From Mobula hypostoma (Eukaryota), in NCBI RefSeq assembly GCF_963921235.1, contig NC_086118.1, positions 20,834,001 through 20,898,000 on the forward strand: DNA of 64,000 nucleotides. The letters are read 5' to 3'. Below the pieces are notes generated by a model. That model ran no database searches. It was not told where the DNA came from and worked only from the letters and a program-made list of their open reading frames with translations. Below are positions 39,552 through 52,559 of the stretch, piece after piece; within the stretch, counting starts at the first letter, position 1, and each line of letters starts with the position of its first letter. The position numbers and the translations under genes are program-made.

Positions 39552-40220
39552 CGGGGATGGGATGGGTTTGCAGGTCTAATGGTAGAAATAACATTGAATA
39601 AAATGTGAGGATTAGGAGGGAATCTATGTCTAGGTTCAGTTTGGTACTAGCACATGTCAGTTGGCAGGCTCAACTTGTTAGCTAAAGAGAAGAGGAATTA
39701 TAACACGGCTATTTGTTACACTATAGTCATAGAAGTCCATGAGCTCCTGCATGGGTGGGTGGGAAGTACAAGAAAGATAATAAAGGAATTATTTCTTGCC
39801 ACAGAAGAGATGGTTAAAGACCATGTCCTTTTAGAAAAGTGAAGTAATGTTCATCTGCACCTTACATGTTCCTGTCTGATCTTTTGTGATAATTAAAGCA
39901 GATGAATGCCCAGACATGTTCAGGAGATGTATTACACTTGAGAATTGTCACAGATCTGATATAACGAGGCATAATTCTAAATAGCTAGCATTGAGGAAAG
40001 AAAGTAAAAATCATTGAATTGGTTTTCTACTGCTTTCTGCAGAGCAAATGAGAATCAATATCAGTAAGAGGCCTGTTGTATAGTCCTTTGTGATGGATTT
40101 ATTTGGACTTAATTGTTTTAAACGAAGTGAAAAATAAATCACCAAATCAGTATGTTGAATTTTCAATACACAAAGAAAATTACCTGGTCTTCAATACACA
40201 GAATAATGACAATTTATAAA

Positions 40221-40371
40221 AGCAACACACATCAAAGTTGCTGGTGAATGCAGCAGGCCAGGCAGCATCTCTAGGAAGCGGTACAGTCGACGTTTGGGGC
40301 CGAGTCCCTTCGTCAGGACTAACTGAAGGAAGAGCTAGTAAGAGATTTGAAAGTGGGAGGGGGAGGGGGAG
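40221..40371 (-). mobile_element. Penelope-like pLTR fragment with hammerhead motif
   Basis: Near-identical to 61353-61505 and flanked by ATTTATAAA at 40212-20 and 40372-80 (9-bp TSD). Confidence 0.88.
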
Positions 40372-40440
40372 ATTTATAAATATAGTCTATTCAGTTTGAA
40401 AGACATCTAACTGATTTTTAAAAAAATATTTCACTTTTAG

Positions 40441-40498
40441 TTCTTTGGTAATAACAACGGTGTTTGATCGGAATGTCAATTGTCGAAGAGCTGCCTCA
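40441..40498 (+). CDS. TBCD: TBCD internal coding exon, 58 bp
   Basis: TTTTAG acceptor and GTAAGT donor. Phase fits the previous exon; encodes (S)SLVITTVFDRNVNCRRAAS, matching the TBCD VFDR.xNCRRAAS motif. Confidence 0.96.
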
Positions 40499-42957
40499 GT
40501 AAGTATTCAGCTTTACTCTTTTCACGGTAGTTTAGAAGAGTGATGCTGCTGCTGTTTATGAAGAGTGTTGAGATCTCTATCACGTTTTGTTTTATATTGA
40601 AAATGATATAAACAAGTATTGTGCTCATGAAGAAAGTTGTAGCTTGCCATAGCCCATTGAAGGAAAGGCTATGGTGTTAATAGAATAAGTCCTTTAATTA
40701 TCTCCCTGCTTTCTAGAGACTGAAGAGGAAATTAGGTAGGGAGAGGAATGCAGGAGGGGAGTTCTGAAAGAGATCACTAAAGTATGGGGAAAATGGTGAG
40801 TGTTTGAGGATTGTCAAAGAGATGGGGAAATGGTTTACAATCAGGTGAGATGCTTCAGCTGAAAGCATCAGAATGAAAGTAGTAAGAAAAATCTGTAATA
40901 AGTGAGAGACTGGAGGAAGGCGGATGCCTCAGTGGACCTCATCCCTTCATTTAACATCTCATTTAATGCTCTCGAGGTCTTGTTTTTTTATGGAAGACGT
41001 GGTCATTTGACGATCCTGTTTGCCCAGTGATCATTGGCTACATAATTTGAACCCTAGATTATGCTCCAATTTGTAAGTTAGTTTTCGAAGCCCAAGCATA
41101 ATGTACAATGTTACTGAAAATGTTGTAGCAGTAGATAGTGAATATTTTAACTTTACTGACAAGGCTAAGCTACCGTTTAAAACTGAGTATGTTTTCTCCT
41201 TAGAGAGAATATGCATTACATCAAATCACAGGGCAGGTGCTATTTTGCTCTGATGCACTGGGAGGTGCACTTGAATACTTTCTTATGCTACTCAACTTTC
41301 TATTCCTTGAATGTACAGGCTGATTTTTGTTCAATACTACTTCCAATGCAAAGATTCTGAATCGACTTTGCCTTAAATGAAAATGATTTACTTTTTTGAT
41401 ATTCTAAATTTCCCTAATATAAATATCAGTTAGGAATGTAGTCTCAGATCAGAAGCAATTAGTTTGGAATTAATCTTGCTTTTCAAGTTAAGTAAAAGTT
41501 TGACAGAATTTTTTTTTTGTACTTTGTGTATTTCTGATATAATACTTTAGGTCACATTTATCCAGTTAATCCACCATGCTTGGAGCAGTTTCAACTCCAC
41601 CTTGTTGAAACTCTTTCCTAATCCATGTTTATTTCATCTGAGTGCCAAGGTTGCTATAGTAATTCTTGGAAGGCATGGATCAGCCAAATATTGCACCTGC
41701 CAAGTTGCAAATTATTACTTGAGAGTCCATACAACTATTTGTGTATTAATGTCTATCTATATATATTAAGGATTAGGCCCTTGAAATTTACGATAATTTT
41801 CTGGCTGGATTGAATCTCTCAGTTTTACTGCTCCCATTCCTATGTGGATTCCTATTTACTACAGGATTTTGAATCCAAATACCTGAAAATATGAAAGTAG
41901 GGAGCAGTTTCTCCACGATTTATCTTCCAGAAATGAAGACTGAGTCCTCTTCACTTCCCATTTCATTCTATACCTTCTCCAGTAATAAGAGAATATGTAA
42001 AATATATCACTGAGTCATGCTGGCTATAATTAGTAGTACCAAAGAACTGACTCATTCACAAGCATGTAGATCTACGATAGATTTGGAACCTTTTGAGTCT
42101 CAGGAGTTGCCACGTAGTGCAAAGATGGGATGCTGTCTTCATGTGTAGACCTGGCTGTGTAAGTTGCGACCATTGGAATAGGAAAGCTAAATGATTCTTT
42201 TAAATGTAGCTTTATTAGTCAACAGAATTGTTGGTGGTTGGTTCCAAAGTGAATCACTGGCATTTAGTTGATCATGCAATTAAAAATCAATAGAACATAG
42301 AGTAATGCAATGGGCTTTTCAGCACGTGGGGCCTGTAACATTATTGTATGTTCAATTGGGACTTAATGATGTCTGTGTCAATCATGATCCCAATCCATAA
42401 TAAGGCCATCTACCTGCACATGGTCAATGTCCCTCCCCATTTCCTGACTGCCTCTAAGACCTTATTCACCACTGAACCCCTTCATGGGTTGGAGTGTCAG
42501 CTCGATATCTTGCCCAAATACTGGGGACAGTGAATCAAGGGAATGAGGTACTTACATCATTACAGGCATGTGTTTCCATGGATATGTATAGAAATTTTAT
42601 TGCAATCTCATTACTGAATATGGCACTATAAGTTGTTCTTCTCCATCAAACCAGGAACTACAGGTAAGGAAAGTCTAGGCTACAGTGTCTAACTTTGAAG
42701 TTTATTGCAAGTTCTATTTGTAGTGGCAGAATTTTGTCATTGGATATCTTCATAGCTACAAGTTGTCTTGTTGATTAAGCAGATTGTTTAACTTTATGGA
42801 CCTTAGATTGTTATTAGAAATGTATATAATTCTGTCTGCTAACTCTGAAGCTGAAACTTTTGAAGTATGTAAGTTTTAATGATTTAATTTGCAAGTTTTA
42901 ATATGCAGGCTTTAAAACATTGTTATATCCATCTTTCTCTGACACTTTTTACTTTAG

Positions 42958-42987
42958 GCTGCTTTCCAAGAGAACGTTGGAAGACAG
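42958..42987 (+). CDS. TBCD: TBCD internal coding micro-exon, 30 bp
   Basis: CTTTAG acceptor and CAG|GTACAG donor. Encodes AAFQENVGRQ, the conserved continuation of the TBCD sequence. Confidence 0.95.
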
Positions 42988-43071
42988 GTACAGTTATTTT
43001 GCACATTGTTTCAAATATTGTTGGCAATTGATATATATTTCAATGTATATAAGATATTTGTGATGAACTTA

Positions 43072-44210
43072 AAGTGGCATGCAAATGTTTGGGCACCCCT
43101 AGTCAAAATTTCTGTTACTGTGAATAGCTAAGCGAGTAAAAGATGAATTGATTTCCAAAAGGCATAAAGTTAAAGATGACACATTTCTTTAATATTTTAA
43201 GCAAGAAAACTTTTTTCATTTCCATCTTTTACAGTTTCAAAATAACAAACAAGGAAAAAGGCCTGAAGCAAAAGTTTGGGCACCCTGCATGGCAGTACTT
43301 AGTAACACCCCCTTTGGCAAGTATCACAGCTTGTAAACACTTGTAGCCAGCTAAGAGTCTTTCACAAAGTTCAAAGAACATCTAAACAAGCCTGATGCAT
43401 TTCGGAAACAAGTCCTGTGGACTGATGAAGTTAAAATAGAACTTTTTGGATGCAATGAACAAAGGTATGTTTGGAGAAAAAAGGGTGCAGAATTTCATGA
43501 AAAGAACCCCTCTCCAACTGTTAAGCACAAAGGTGGATCGATCATGCTTTGGGCTTCTGTTGCAGCCAGTGGCATGGGGAACATTTATTGGTAGAGGGAA
43601 GAATGAATTCAATTAAATACCAGCAAATTCTGGAAGCAAACATCACTCCATCTGTAAAAAAGCCGAAGATGAGAAGAGGATGGCTTCAACAACAGGATAA
43701 TGATCCTAAGCACACCTCAAAGTCCACAATGGACTACCTCAAGAGGTGCAAGCTGAAGGTTTTGCCATAGCCCTCACAGCCCCTGACTTAAACATCATTG
43801 AAAATCTGTAGATAGACCTCAAAAGAGCAGTGCATGCAAGACGGCCCAAGAATCTCACAGAACTAGAAGCCTTTTGCGAGGAAGAATGGGCAAACATTCC
43901 CCAAACAAGAATTGAAAGACTCTTAGCTGGCTACAAAAAGCATTTACAAGCTGTGATACTTGCCAAAGATGGTGTTACTAAGTACTGCCATTCAGGGTGC
44001 CCAAACTTTTGCTTCGGGCCCTTTTTCTTTTTTTTTGTTATTTTGAAACTGCAAAAGATAGAAATAAACAAGTTTTCTTGCTTAAAATATTAAATAAATG
44101 TGTCATCTTTAACTTTATGCCTTTTGGAAATCAGTTCACCTTTTACTCGCATAGCTATTCACAGTAACAGAAATTTTGACCAGGGGTGCCCAAACTTTTG
44201 CATGCCACTG
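43072..44210 (+). mobile_element. Tc1-family DNA transposon with IR/DR ends and internally deleted transposase
   Basis: TA-flanked, with ~215-bp TIRs containing outer and inner GCAAA.GTTTGGGCACCC direct repeats. Catalytic remnants VLWTDEVKIELFG, QQDNDPKH and DLNIIENL, with stops and frameshifts; HTH region missing. Confidence 0.93.
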
Positions 44211-44657
44211 TAGATCTCATTACACGTAATGGTTTATGAGATTACACCCCAAACAATTTTGAAGCTTAAACAGAAAGCAGAGGAGAAAGACATAAACTCT
44301 TCATATCTTTTTCCTTTGGACTTGATATGCATAGCCAGAAGTCTAGATGTGTGGAAGTGCAAGGTTAGAATATGCAAATCCCTTATTCCTAGACCTTCAT
44401 TCAGAGACATATTTCATTCAAAAAAGCCACACTCATGTATGTTTTTAATTCGGCCAGTTAGTGGCCCTCTTTCACTGTGGTGTATAAAATTGAGAATCAG
44501 TTTAATTTTCATTTAACTTCTAGAAATATTTTTGTATAGCATTTACTGTATCATTATTCTAGTTTGAAAGTTTCACCACCTGATCCTTAAATGTTTACTC
44601 AGGTGATTTATGATGTGTGGCATTACTTTGAGGACAATAGCATTCCTATTTTTGTGG

Positions 44658-45500
44658 TGTTACGTACCCCGTAACTGGGTTGCCAAACCAGCAGAAATGG
44701 ATCACTCAGTTGGAGTCTGGATTACTAGAACTAAGAAAGTTTTATTAAAGAAACAAGCAACACAGTAATCGAAAGGATAATAAATGCAACAGTTCAGTAA
44801 TGATAAACACACATGTGCACAGAATTAAGATAACAGCATCAATCAAGCTCTATCGTTGTCTAGGGGTAAATGACCAAATTTCAAAGTGACACAAAAGTTC
44901 AGTCCAATTTAGTTCAGTTCGCAGTAATCGTTGCCATGGCGATGGACAACGTGGGGGGAGGGAGAGAGAGAATGAGAACGACTGATCATTCAGAAACGGC
45001 TTCCACTCACAGACCGGCTATAATTGCTCAGAAGCAGCTTTTGGGCAGGTCCTTGGTGATGTCACCTGAGGTCACCGACTGTGTCCCCTCCTCCAGATGT
45101 GGTCGATCCTCTGCAGTGAACCCGGCACCCAAGCAAGGGTGGACACACACCGGGTTCCCGCTGATCGTACCTTTCCACCCTGTGCGTTGTCCGATACTTC
45201 CCACCGACTCGTGAGAGGCGCACCGCTTCCAGGGTCTCATTACCTCGGGTGTCGTGTGTGTGCCTTAGCGAACCTGTCCCTTTTTATCCCCCTGCTGGGG
45301 TATCGCCTGTCCATCACTTCAAACAGTTCAGGGTTCAAAGGGGGAGCTGCTCCAGACAGCTCTCTCTCTCCCGTCCCTTCATTACACATCTCCAGATGCT
45401 GTTTCATTGTGTTCCTTATCTCTCTCTTGAAGACAGGTGGCAGACCAACTGCTGATCACACAGGACAGCTAACATCTTATCTATGTGTATTCTCGTCACA
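44658..45500 (-). mobile_element. Solo LTR (Gypsy-like), 843 bp
   Basis: TGTTACG...CGTCACA termini with a 4-bp TSD GTGG at 44654-57 and 45501-04. Minus-strand AATAAA near 44741-46 and GATAAAAA near 45281-88. No internal coding region. Confidence 0.85.
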
Positions 45501-46419
45501 GTGGGAAATAACAGCACAGATGGGCGGTTACATTAATTGTCCACAGTTCAACAATAACACAAGCTTACAACCTTTCTCTTAGTCTTGACTGATCAGCAGA
45601 GTTGGTTTTCTGCAGATAATGAAGAATTGGTGTTCAACCCTTGACCCCATTGTCATTATGTAAGAAATTACTAGCATTAATCCAAATAATTCAATATTTA
45701 TATCTTTAGTGCTGACAAATGGCTGTATTAAATACCTTAAATCCATCTAATTATGTGCTTGGATATCTTAAAACAATCAGTAGGAAGGGAAGCTTGCATT
45801 TGAATATGGATTTTAATACAATTCATAGAATTCTAAGTTGCATAGTTTGCCTTTATTTACTTTCAAGAGCCAGCAGCTTCGTGTTTGTTTGCTGATAAAC
45901 TATACTATACACTGTTTTCATTCAAATGGCTAAAGCAAAACTAAATCCAAAACTTAAATTTTAAGTCAGTTTCATTTCTGTTACTAAGTTTTGAAGTCAT
46001 CATTTTAACTTATCCAATGTTTCTTCTGAGAATAAGAATGTTGTTTTCCCAGACTGGATTGGTGTTTTGCTTTGGGAGTTGAACTTTTCAAAAGTACTTC
46101 ATTAACAAATATTGAGACAGAAACATGCAATATGTAGTATCTTAGCTGATCAACCCTAACCAGAAAGATGTTAACAATTATTTCATTACACATAGAACAA
46201 AACCTGAAGAAGAAACAAAAAAAAATCATGCAATGGATGGTAGAAGTCTGAAATGAAAGCAAAAACTACTGAAGTTACACAGCAGATCATAGAGGAATAC
46301 AAATAATATCTCAAGTTGATGAACTTTCATTGAACTGTGAAATGTTAATGCCGAATGGGATTTATAATGCTAAGAAAATATAGGTAGGGAGAAGGGAACA
46401 AAATGAGGTATGATGACGT

Positions 46420-46550
46420 TAAAAACATGAGGAAATCTGCAGAAATCCAAGCAACACACACAAAATTCTGGAGGAACTTAGCAGACCAGGCGGCATCTGT
46501 GGAAAAGTGTAAACAGTCGGATGTTTTGGCCTGAGACCCTTCATCAGGAT
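46420..46550 (-). mobile_element. Penelope-like terminus fragment with degenerate hammerhead motif
   Basis: GCAACACACACAAAATTCTGGAGGAAC..GGCATCT..CAGTCGGATGTTTTGGCCTGAGACCCTTCATCAGGA. Confidence 0.8.
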
Positions 46551-47250
46551 GTTGAAGGCAGAATGGCAAAAAGAGATGAGAGTGCAAGGCAAAGAAAACA
46601 CAAAGTGCAAAATGTGTCTGGAGAAGTTGCAGCATTAAGTGATGAATGGCTTTTCATGCCACTTTCATTTTATCCCATTATCTCAGGATGACTTTAGAAT
46701 CAAATAATTAATTACTCATTTTGGGTCGATCTTAGAGTTTGTTGTTTTTCCCCCAGAATGGCCAGTACTGTTGCATTTCTAAAGAGTTGAGGGAAGTGTA
46801 AATGGTGTATGCAGTATTTGAATTTGATCAGTGGTCATCTTATTTCAGTTTTAATATTCACATAGTATTCATAAATCATTTTTTGCTTGCTATCCTTTCA
46901 GCATTTATACAGAATAATTATCTCTCATGAGATAAGATCTGAATTATCTGAAAATGCTTTATTTTGTATGGAAGAAGAAAAATGCACAATATTTGAGAAT
47001 ATTAATTTCAGAATTTGAGCTGCTTTTGCTGTTATTCTGTATAGTACAGTGTTTTGCATTGAGACTGTGCTTCAAAAAGGGAGTGACCTTGATATTCTTA
47101 TTTCTATTATCTTATCATCTTACATTTTGCAGTAAAAGTAATGTTTAATCAATACTATAAATCTCCTTAAAGTGTTATGTAAAATGTTATTGCAATTGCT
47201 CTGAAGTTTTGGTGTAAATTTTATTTTTCTTTTATATAGATGGGTAGTGA

Positions 47251-47358
<108 letters not shown>

Positions 47359-48433
47359 TAATACTTAAAGGCTTATGTGCTTCCACAGAGCCTTCTGCTA
47401 GTAAAACCATTGCCAGAATCTGATTCAAAGAGGCTTGCATGCTTCCATACTTATCCCACAGTCACATTTATGTTTTGTTGTTCCCAGTGTCTTGGAGGCA
47501 TTCATGATACAGCTGTACAAGACACAGAGGTAGCCATGTCTAGGTACTTTGTATTGGAGAACATACAAACTGCACACAGACATTCAAATCTGATTCCCAG
47601 ATCAAAATTGAATTACAAAATTACTGAGTTACAAAAAAAAAACAAAGTTAATGGGAGAAATTTCATTTCACAATTAATTAACATTTGAAGTGCACTGTCT
47701 GATACGTTTAAAGAGTAACCTTCAGAGGGACAATGGATACACCTTGAAGAAGAGTTATTAAGCTTCAAGTGCTTGGGCAGTAGAACGTGACTAACTGTTC
47801 AAAGTATCTGGCACCCAATTATTGGGGCAAGATGATCCTCTCTTGTACAATTTTGTGGTATTATGTTTTCATTTGGTTCTGTGTTCTACTTTAACATCAT
47901 TGCTACCAGTTGATTTCCAGTAACTCACATAAATAGCCAGTACTTTTGTTTAAGTTAGTTGATGATGACTGGCCAGTTATTTTTTCTTAGTCTTGTCTAA
48001 GTAATAATAATACCTTCGAGCAGAATGATTTTCCCATTGCTTGAACTGTAGTACAAGCTCCTGCTATATAGCATTTCAAAATATGGTAGGATGGGGTACA
48101 GTGTTTCAATATTTTCAAATGGTGAAAGAACACTGTATAAAACAGCTCACTTATTATAGGTGTCAAATAATCATTAAATCAAAAAAATCAGTTAATCTTT
48201 AATTGACATAAAAATCAGTATCTTTGGGAATCACCCAAACGTACTTCTTGACAATGAACATTAAAATGAATGTTCATCTTTGCTTTACAAATGCCACATT
48301 GATGCTAAATGAGTTGTTGGTTCATTTAAAGGAATTGATTGAATATTTTGTCAGAGTATCTTCCAGTATCTTCATGTGTTTCACTTTCTCACCAGTAATC
48401 CTGACTATTGTGATACAACAACATTTGATTTGA

Positions 48434-48565
<132 letters not shown>

Positions 48566-48977
48566 TAAGAGATTATAATGTGTTTTGTATACATAGAATG
48601 ATTTATTTGTTGTAACAAATGTATAGTTTGGGCATGTAAGGAGGTTCATATATGCCTGTATATTTGTAGGGTATGTTTATACACTGCCCAATACAACTAA
48701 ACTGTTTCACATACTTTGAATTTGAGCTCTCAGATTTTTCTGAGCATACGATGGGTATCTACTATGTATGGTTTAAATAATTTAAACATTTTTCTATGTG
48801 GAAATAAGGAATAGTGATCATGTGATGAAGTGAGATCAGATATGCAGTAAGGTAACAATGATCAAAACTTGTTCCTCAGTTTGCTGAAGTTAAATAGTAA
48901 TTCTCAAAAAATACATTAAGGTGAAATTTTATAATTTCCCTAAGATCTGATGCAAATTAGCTCACTGGTTGGAAGAA

Positions 48978-51268
48978 CGAGATGGCTTTTTAGAGCAGCT
49001 TGTGCTTGAACCTACTCGGGGAAAGGCTATCTTAGATTGGGTGTTACGTAATAAACCAGGTTTCGGAGACTGTGATCATAATATGATTGAATTCATATGG
49101 CAATTTGAGAGGAAGAAGCATAAGTCACTTGTATCAGTATCGCAACAGAGTAAGGGGAATTACAGAGGCATGTGAGAGGAACTTATTTAGGCAGATTGGA
49201 GGGGGAATCTGCCAGGGATTGCGGCAGAGCAGAGATGGCTGAAGTTTCTGAGAATAATTCACAAGGCGCAGGATAGATGCGTCCCACAGAAGATAAAGTT
49301 CTTATTTGGCAGGTGTAGGCAAACATGGCTGACAAGGGAATTACGGACTGCATAAAAACTAAGGAAAGTGCATATAAGGTAGCAAAAGTGAGTGGGAAGT
49401 TGGATGATTGAGAGGCTTTTAAAATCCAGCAAAAGGCAACTAAAAGCTATAATAAGGGAAAAAATGAAATTTGAGGGCAAACTTTTTTCAGTTATATAAA
49501 GAGTAAAAGGGAGGTGAGAATGGACTACTGGAAAATGATGCTGGTGACGTAGTAATGGGGTCAAAGAAATGGCAGATGAACTTAGTGGGTGCATTGCATC
49601 AGTCTTCACTGTGGAAGACAACAGCAGTGTCTATGAGTATCAGGGAGCTGGAGTGAGTGCCATTGCTATTACAAAGGGAAAAATGCTAGGCAAGCTCAAA
49701 AGTCTTAAAGTGGATAAGTCACCTGGCCCAGATGGACTACATCCCAGAGTCCTGAGAGAGATTGCTGAAGAGGTAACAGATGCATTGGTCATGATCTTTC
49801 AAGAATCACTTGATTCTGGCATGGTCCTGGAGGACTGGAAGATTGCAAATCTCACTGCACTCTTTAAGAAGGGAGGAAGACAAAAGAAAGGAAATTATAG
49901 GCCAGTTAGCCTAACCTCAGTGGTTGGGAAAGTGTTAGAGTCTGTTACTAAGGATGAGGTTTTATGGCACTTGGAGTCTAATGATAAAATAAGTCAAAGT
50001 CAGCATGGTTTCTGTCAAGGGAAATCTTGCCTGACAAATCTTTTAGAGTTCTTCGAGGAAGGAACAAGCAGGGTGAACAAAGGAGAGGCAGTGGATGTCA
50101 TTTACTTAGATTTTCAGAAGGCATTTGATAAGGTCTCACACAGGAGGCTGCTTAACAAAATAAAATCCCATGGTGTTACAGGAAATATACTGGCATAGTT
50201 AGAGGAATGGCTGACAGGAGGCAGCAAGTGGGCATAAAAGGGGCCTTTTCTGGTTGGCTGCTAGTGACTAGTGGTGTTCCTCAGGGTCAGTACTGGGACC
50301 GCTACTTTTCTAATTGTTAGTGATTTGGATAATGGAATTGATGGCTTTGTGGCAAAGTTTGCAGATGATATGAAGATAGGTGAAGGGGTAGGTAGTGCTG
50401 AGGAAGCAATGCGATTGCAGCCGGACTTGGAAAAATCAGAAGAATGGGCAAAGAAGTGGCAGATGGAATACAGTGTTGCGAAATGTATAATAATGCATTT
50501 TGATAAAAGGAACAATAGTGAGGACTATTATCTAAATGGGGAGAAGGTTCAAACAGCAGAGGTGCAGAAGGGCTTAGGAGTCCTTGTGCAAGTCTCCCAG
50601 AAGGTTAATTTACAGATTGAGTCTGTGGTAAAGAAGACAAATGCAGTGTTGGCATTTATTTCAAGGGGAATAGAATATAAAAGTGAGGAGATAATGCTGA
50701 GTCTTTATAAGACATTAGTCGGGTCATACTTGGAGTATTGCCAACAGTTTTGATCCCCATATCTCAGCAAGTATGTGTTGTCATTGGAGAGAGTCCATAG
50801 GATGTCATGAGGGTAATTCAGGGAATGGGGAGTGTTTGGCAGCTTTGGGTCTGTATGCATTGGAATGTAGGAGAATGCAGGGGGGATCTCATTAAAACCT
50901 ACTGAATGTTGAAAGGACTAGATAGGGTGGATGCAGAGAGAATGTTTCCTATGGTGGGGGTATCCAGAACTAAAGTGCACAGCCTCAAAGTTGAGGTGCG
51001 GCCTTTTAGAACGGGGGCAAGGAGGAACATATTTAGCCAGAGAGTAGTGAATCTGTGGAATACTCTGCCACAGACTGCAGTGGAGGCCAAGTCTGTAGGT
51101 ATATTTAAGGTGGAAGTTGATAGTTTCCTGATCGATCAGGGCATCAGGGGATATGGCGAGAAGGCAGATGTATGGGGTTAAGTGGGATCTGGGATCAGCC
51201 ATGATGGAATGGCAAAGCAGACTCAAATGGGCTGAATGGCCTAATTCTGCTTCTATGTCCTATGGTCC
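48978..51268 (+). mobile_element. CR1 LINE ORF2 (APE end, RT, C-terminus) plus 3' UTR, decayed
   Basis: KSPGPDGLHPRVLRE..NYRPVSLTSVVGK..QHGF.QGKSCLTNLLEFFE..YLDFQKAFDKV..KFADDMK. Same subfamily as 23341-25125. Confidence 0.92.
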
Positions 51269-51726
51269 AACATAAATTCATTTCAGGCCTTTAAACATTT
51301 ATTTCATGTGTGTGAATCTAAAGCTTGCTGCACTTGACGTTGCCCAGGGAGCAAGTCAGCTTCTCAAAAATAAGAAGCTTTACTTTATTCCTTTAGTGCT
51401 CATTTGCTGAATGCAGAGCAAATTGGCATTTTTGTAAAGTAGTTGGTTGGTTTTGCTTTAGGTGAAGTGTAAATTGGCAAGGAAACTGGTGGGATTATTC
51501 TGAAGAGGAATATTCACTTTGATAGCAAATGGATAGATAGTGTTTAAATTTTATTAATGAGTTTATTTATATTGATACTGACTTTATTTACATTTAGCAC
51601 AAGCTATCTATAGTTTCAAGGACATGGAGAAGTGATTCAGTATAATAGTGAACCATTTGTTACTTTATTTTTCCTGTTGCTTTTCTTAAATTCATTATGC
51701 TTGCATATTTCTAATGTGTGCATGTA

Positions 51727-52349
51727 CGAGGGGTGATTGATAAGTTTGTGGCCTAAGGTAGAAGGAGTCAATTTTAGAAAAGCTAGCACATTTATTTTTC
51801 AACGTAGTCCCCTCCTACACGTACACACTTAGTCCAGCGGTCGTTGAGCATACGGATCCCTTCTTTGTAGAAGTGGTCCACAGCAGGGGTGATTGATAAG
51901 TTTGTGGCCTAAGGTAGAAGGATATGAGTTATTAGCTTCAAACTTTCTGCACTATCAATCAAAGAATTGAACTGCACGTGCATGTAACGAGATCATCTTG
52001 GACCTCCAGGTGGTCCACAACAGGGGTGATTGATATGTTTGTGGCCTACGTTAGAAGGAGTTGAGTTATACAGCTCTCATTATATGCATGTGCAGTTCAA
52101 CTCTTTGAGTGAAAATACAGGAAGTTGAAGTTAATAACTCCTCTCCTTCTACCTTAGGCCAGGAACTTATGAATCACTCCTCCTGTGGACCACTTTCTGG
52201 AGGTCCAAGATGCCGACCTCTACAAAGAAAGGATTCGTATGCTTCACGACCGCTGGACTAAGTGTGTAAATTTAGGAAAAATAAATGCGCTAGGTTTGCT
52301 AAAATTGACTCCTTCTACCTTAGGCTACGAACTTATCAATCACCCCTCG
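51727..52349. mobile_element. Mariner-derived MITE with internally repeated TIRs
   Basis: TA-flanked, with CGAGGGGTGATTGATAAGTT.. and ..AACTTATCAATCACCCCTCG TIRs. Contains a mariner C-terminal remnant FLEVQDADLYKERIRMLHDRWTKCV on the + strand. Confidence 0.88.
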
Positions 52350-52559
52350 TATATGTTCATGAATCCACCTTAAACTCTGACTTTACTCAGTGTCTTTTGT
52401 CCCATGTTTGCCTTTGCTGCATTTCCATCTGTGCTTCTGTGTATATGTATTTTCCTTTCCTTCCACCCCCTGACTCTGGCTCATGCTTGTTTCTGTCTCT
52501 CTCCTGTAAATCAAGTTTGGATATTGTTTCTTTCAAAATTGCATCACTAAGACATTGTA

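Noticed and set aside
44870..45582. Overlapping ORFs of 68-161 aa
   Set aside because: They lie in a GC-richer solo LTR and show no recognisable protein motifs.
51727..52349. CRISPR-like repeat-spacer array
   Set aside because: Eukaryotic context; the repeats are mariner TIR copies in both orientations with long, related spacers, and there are no cas genes.
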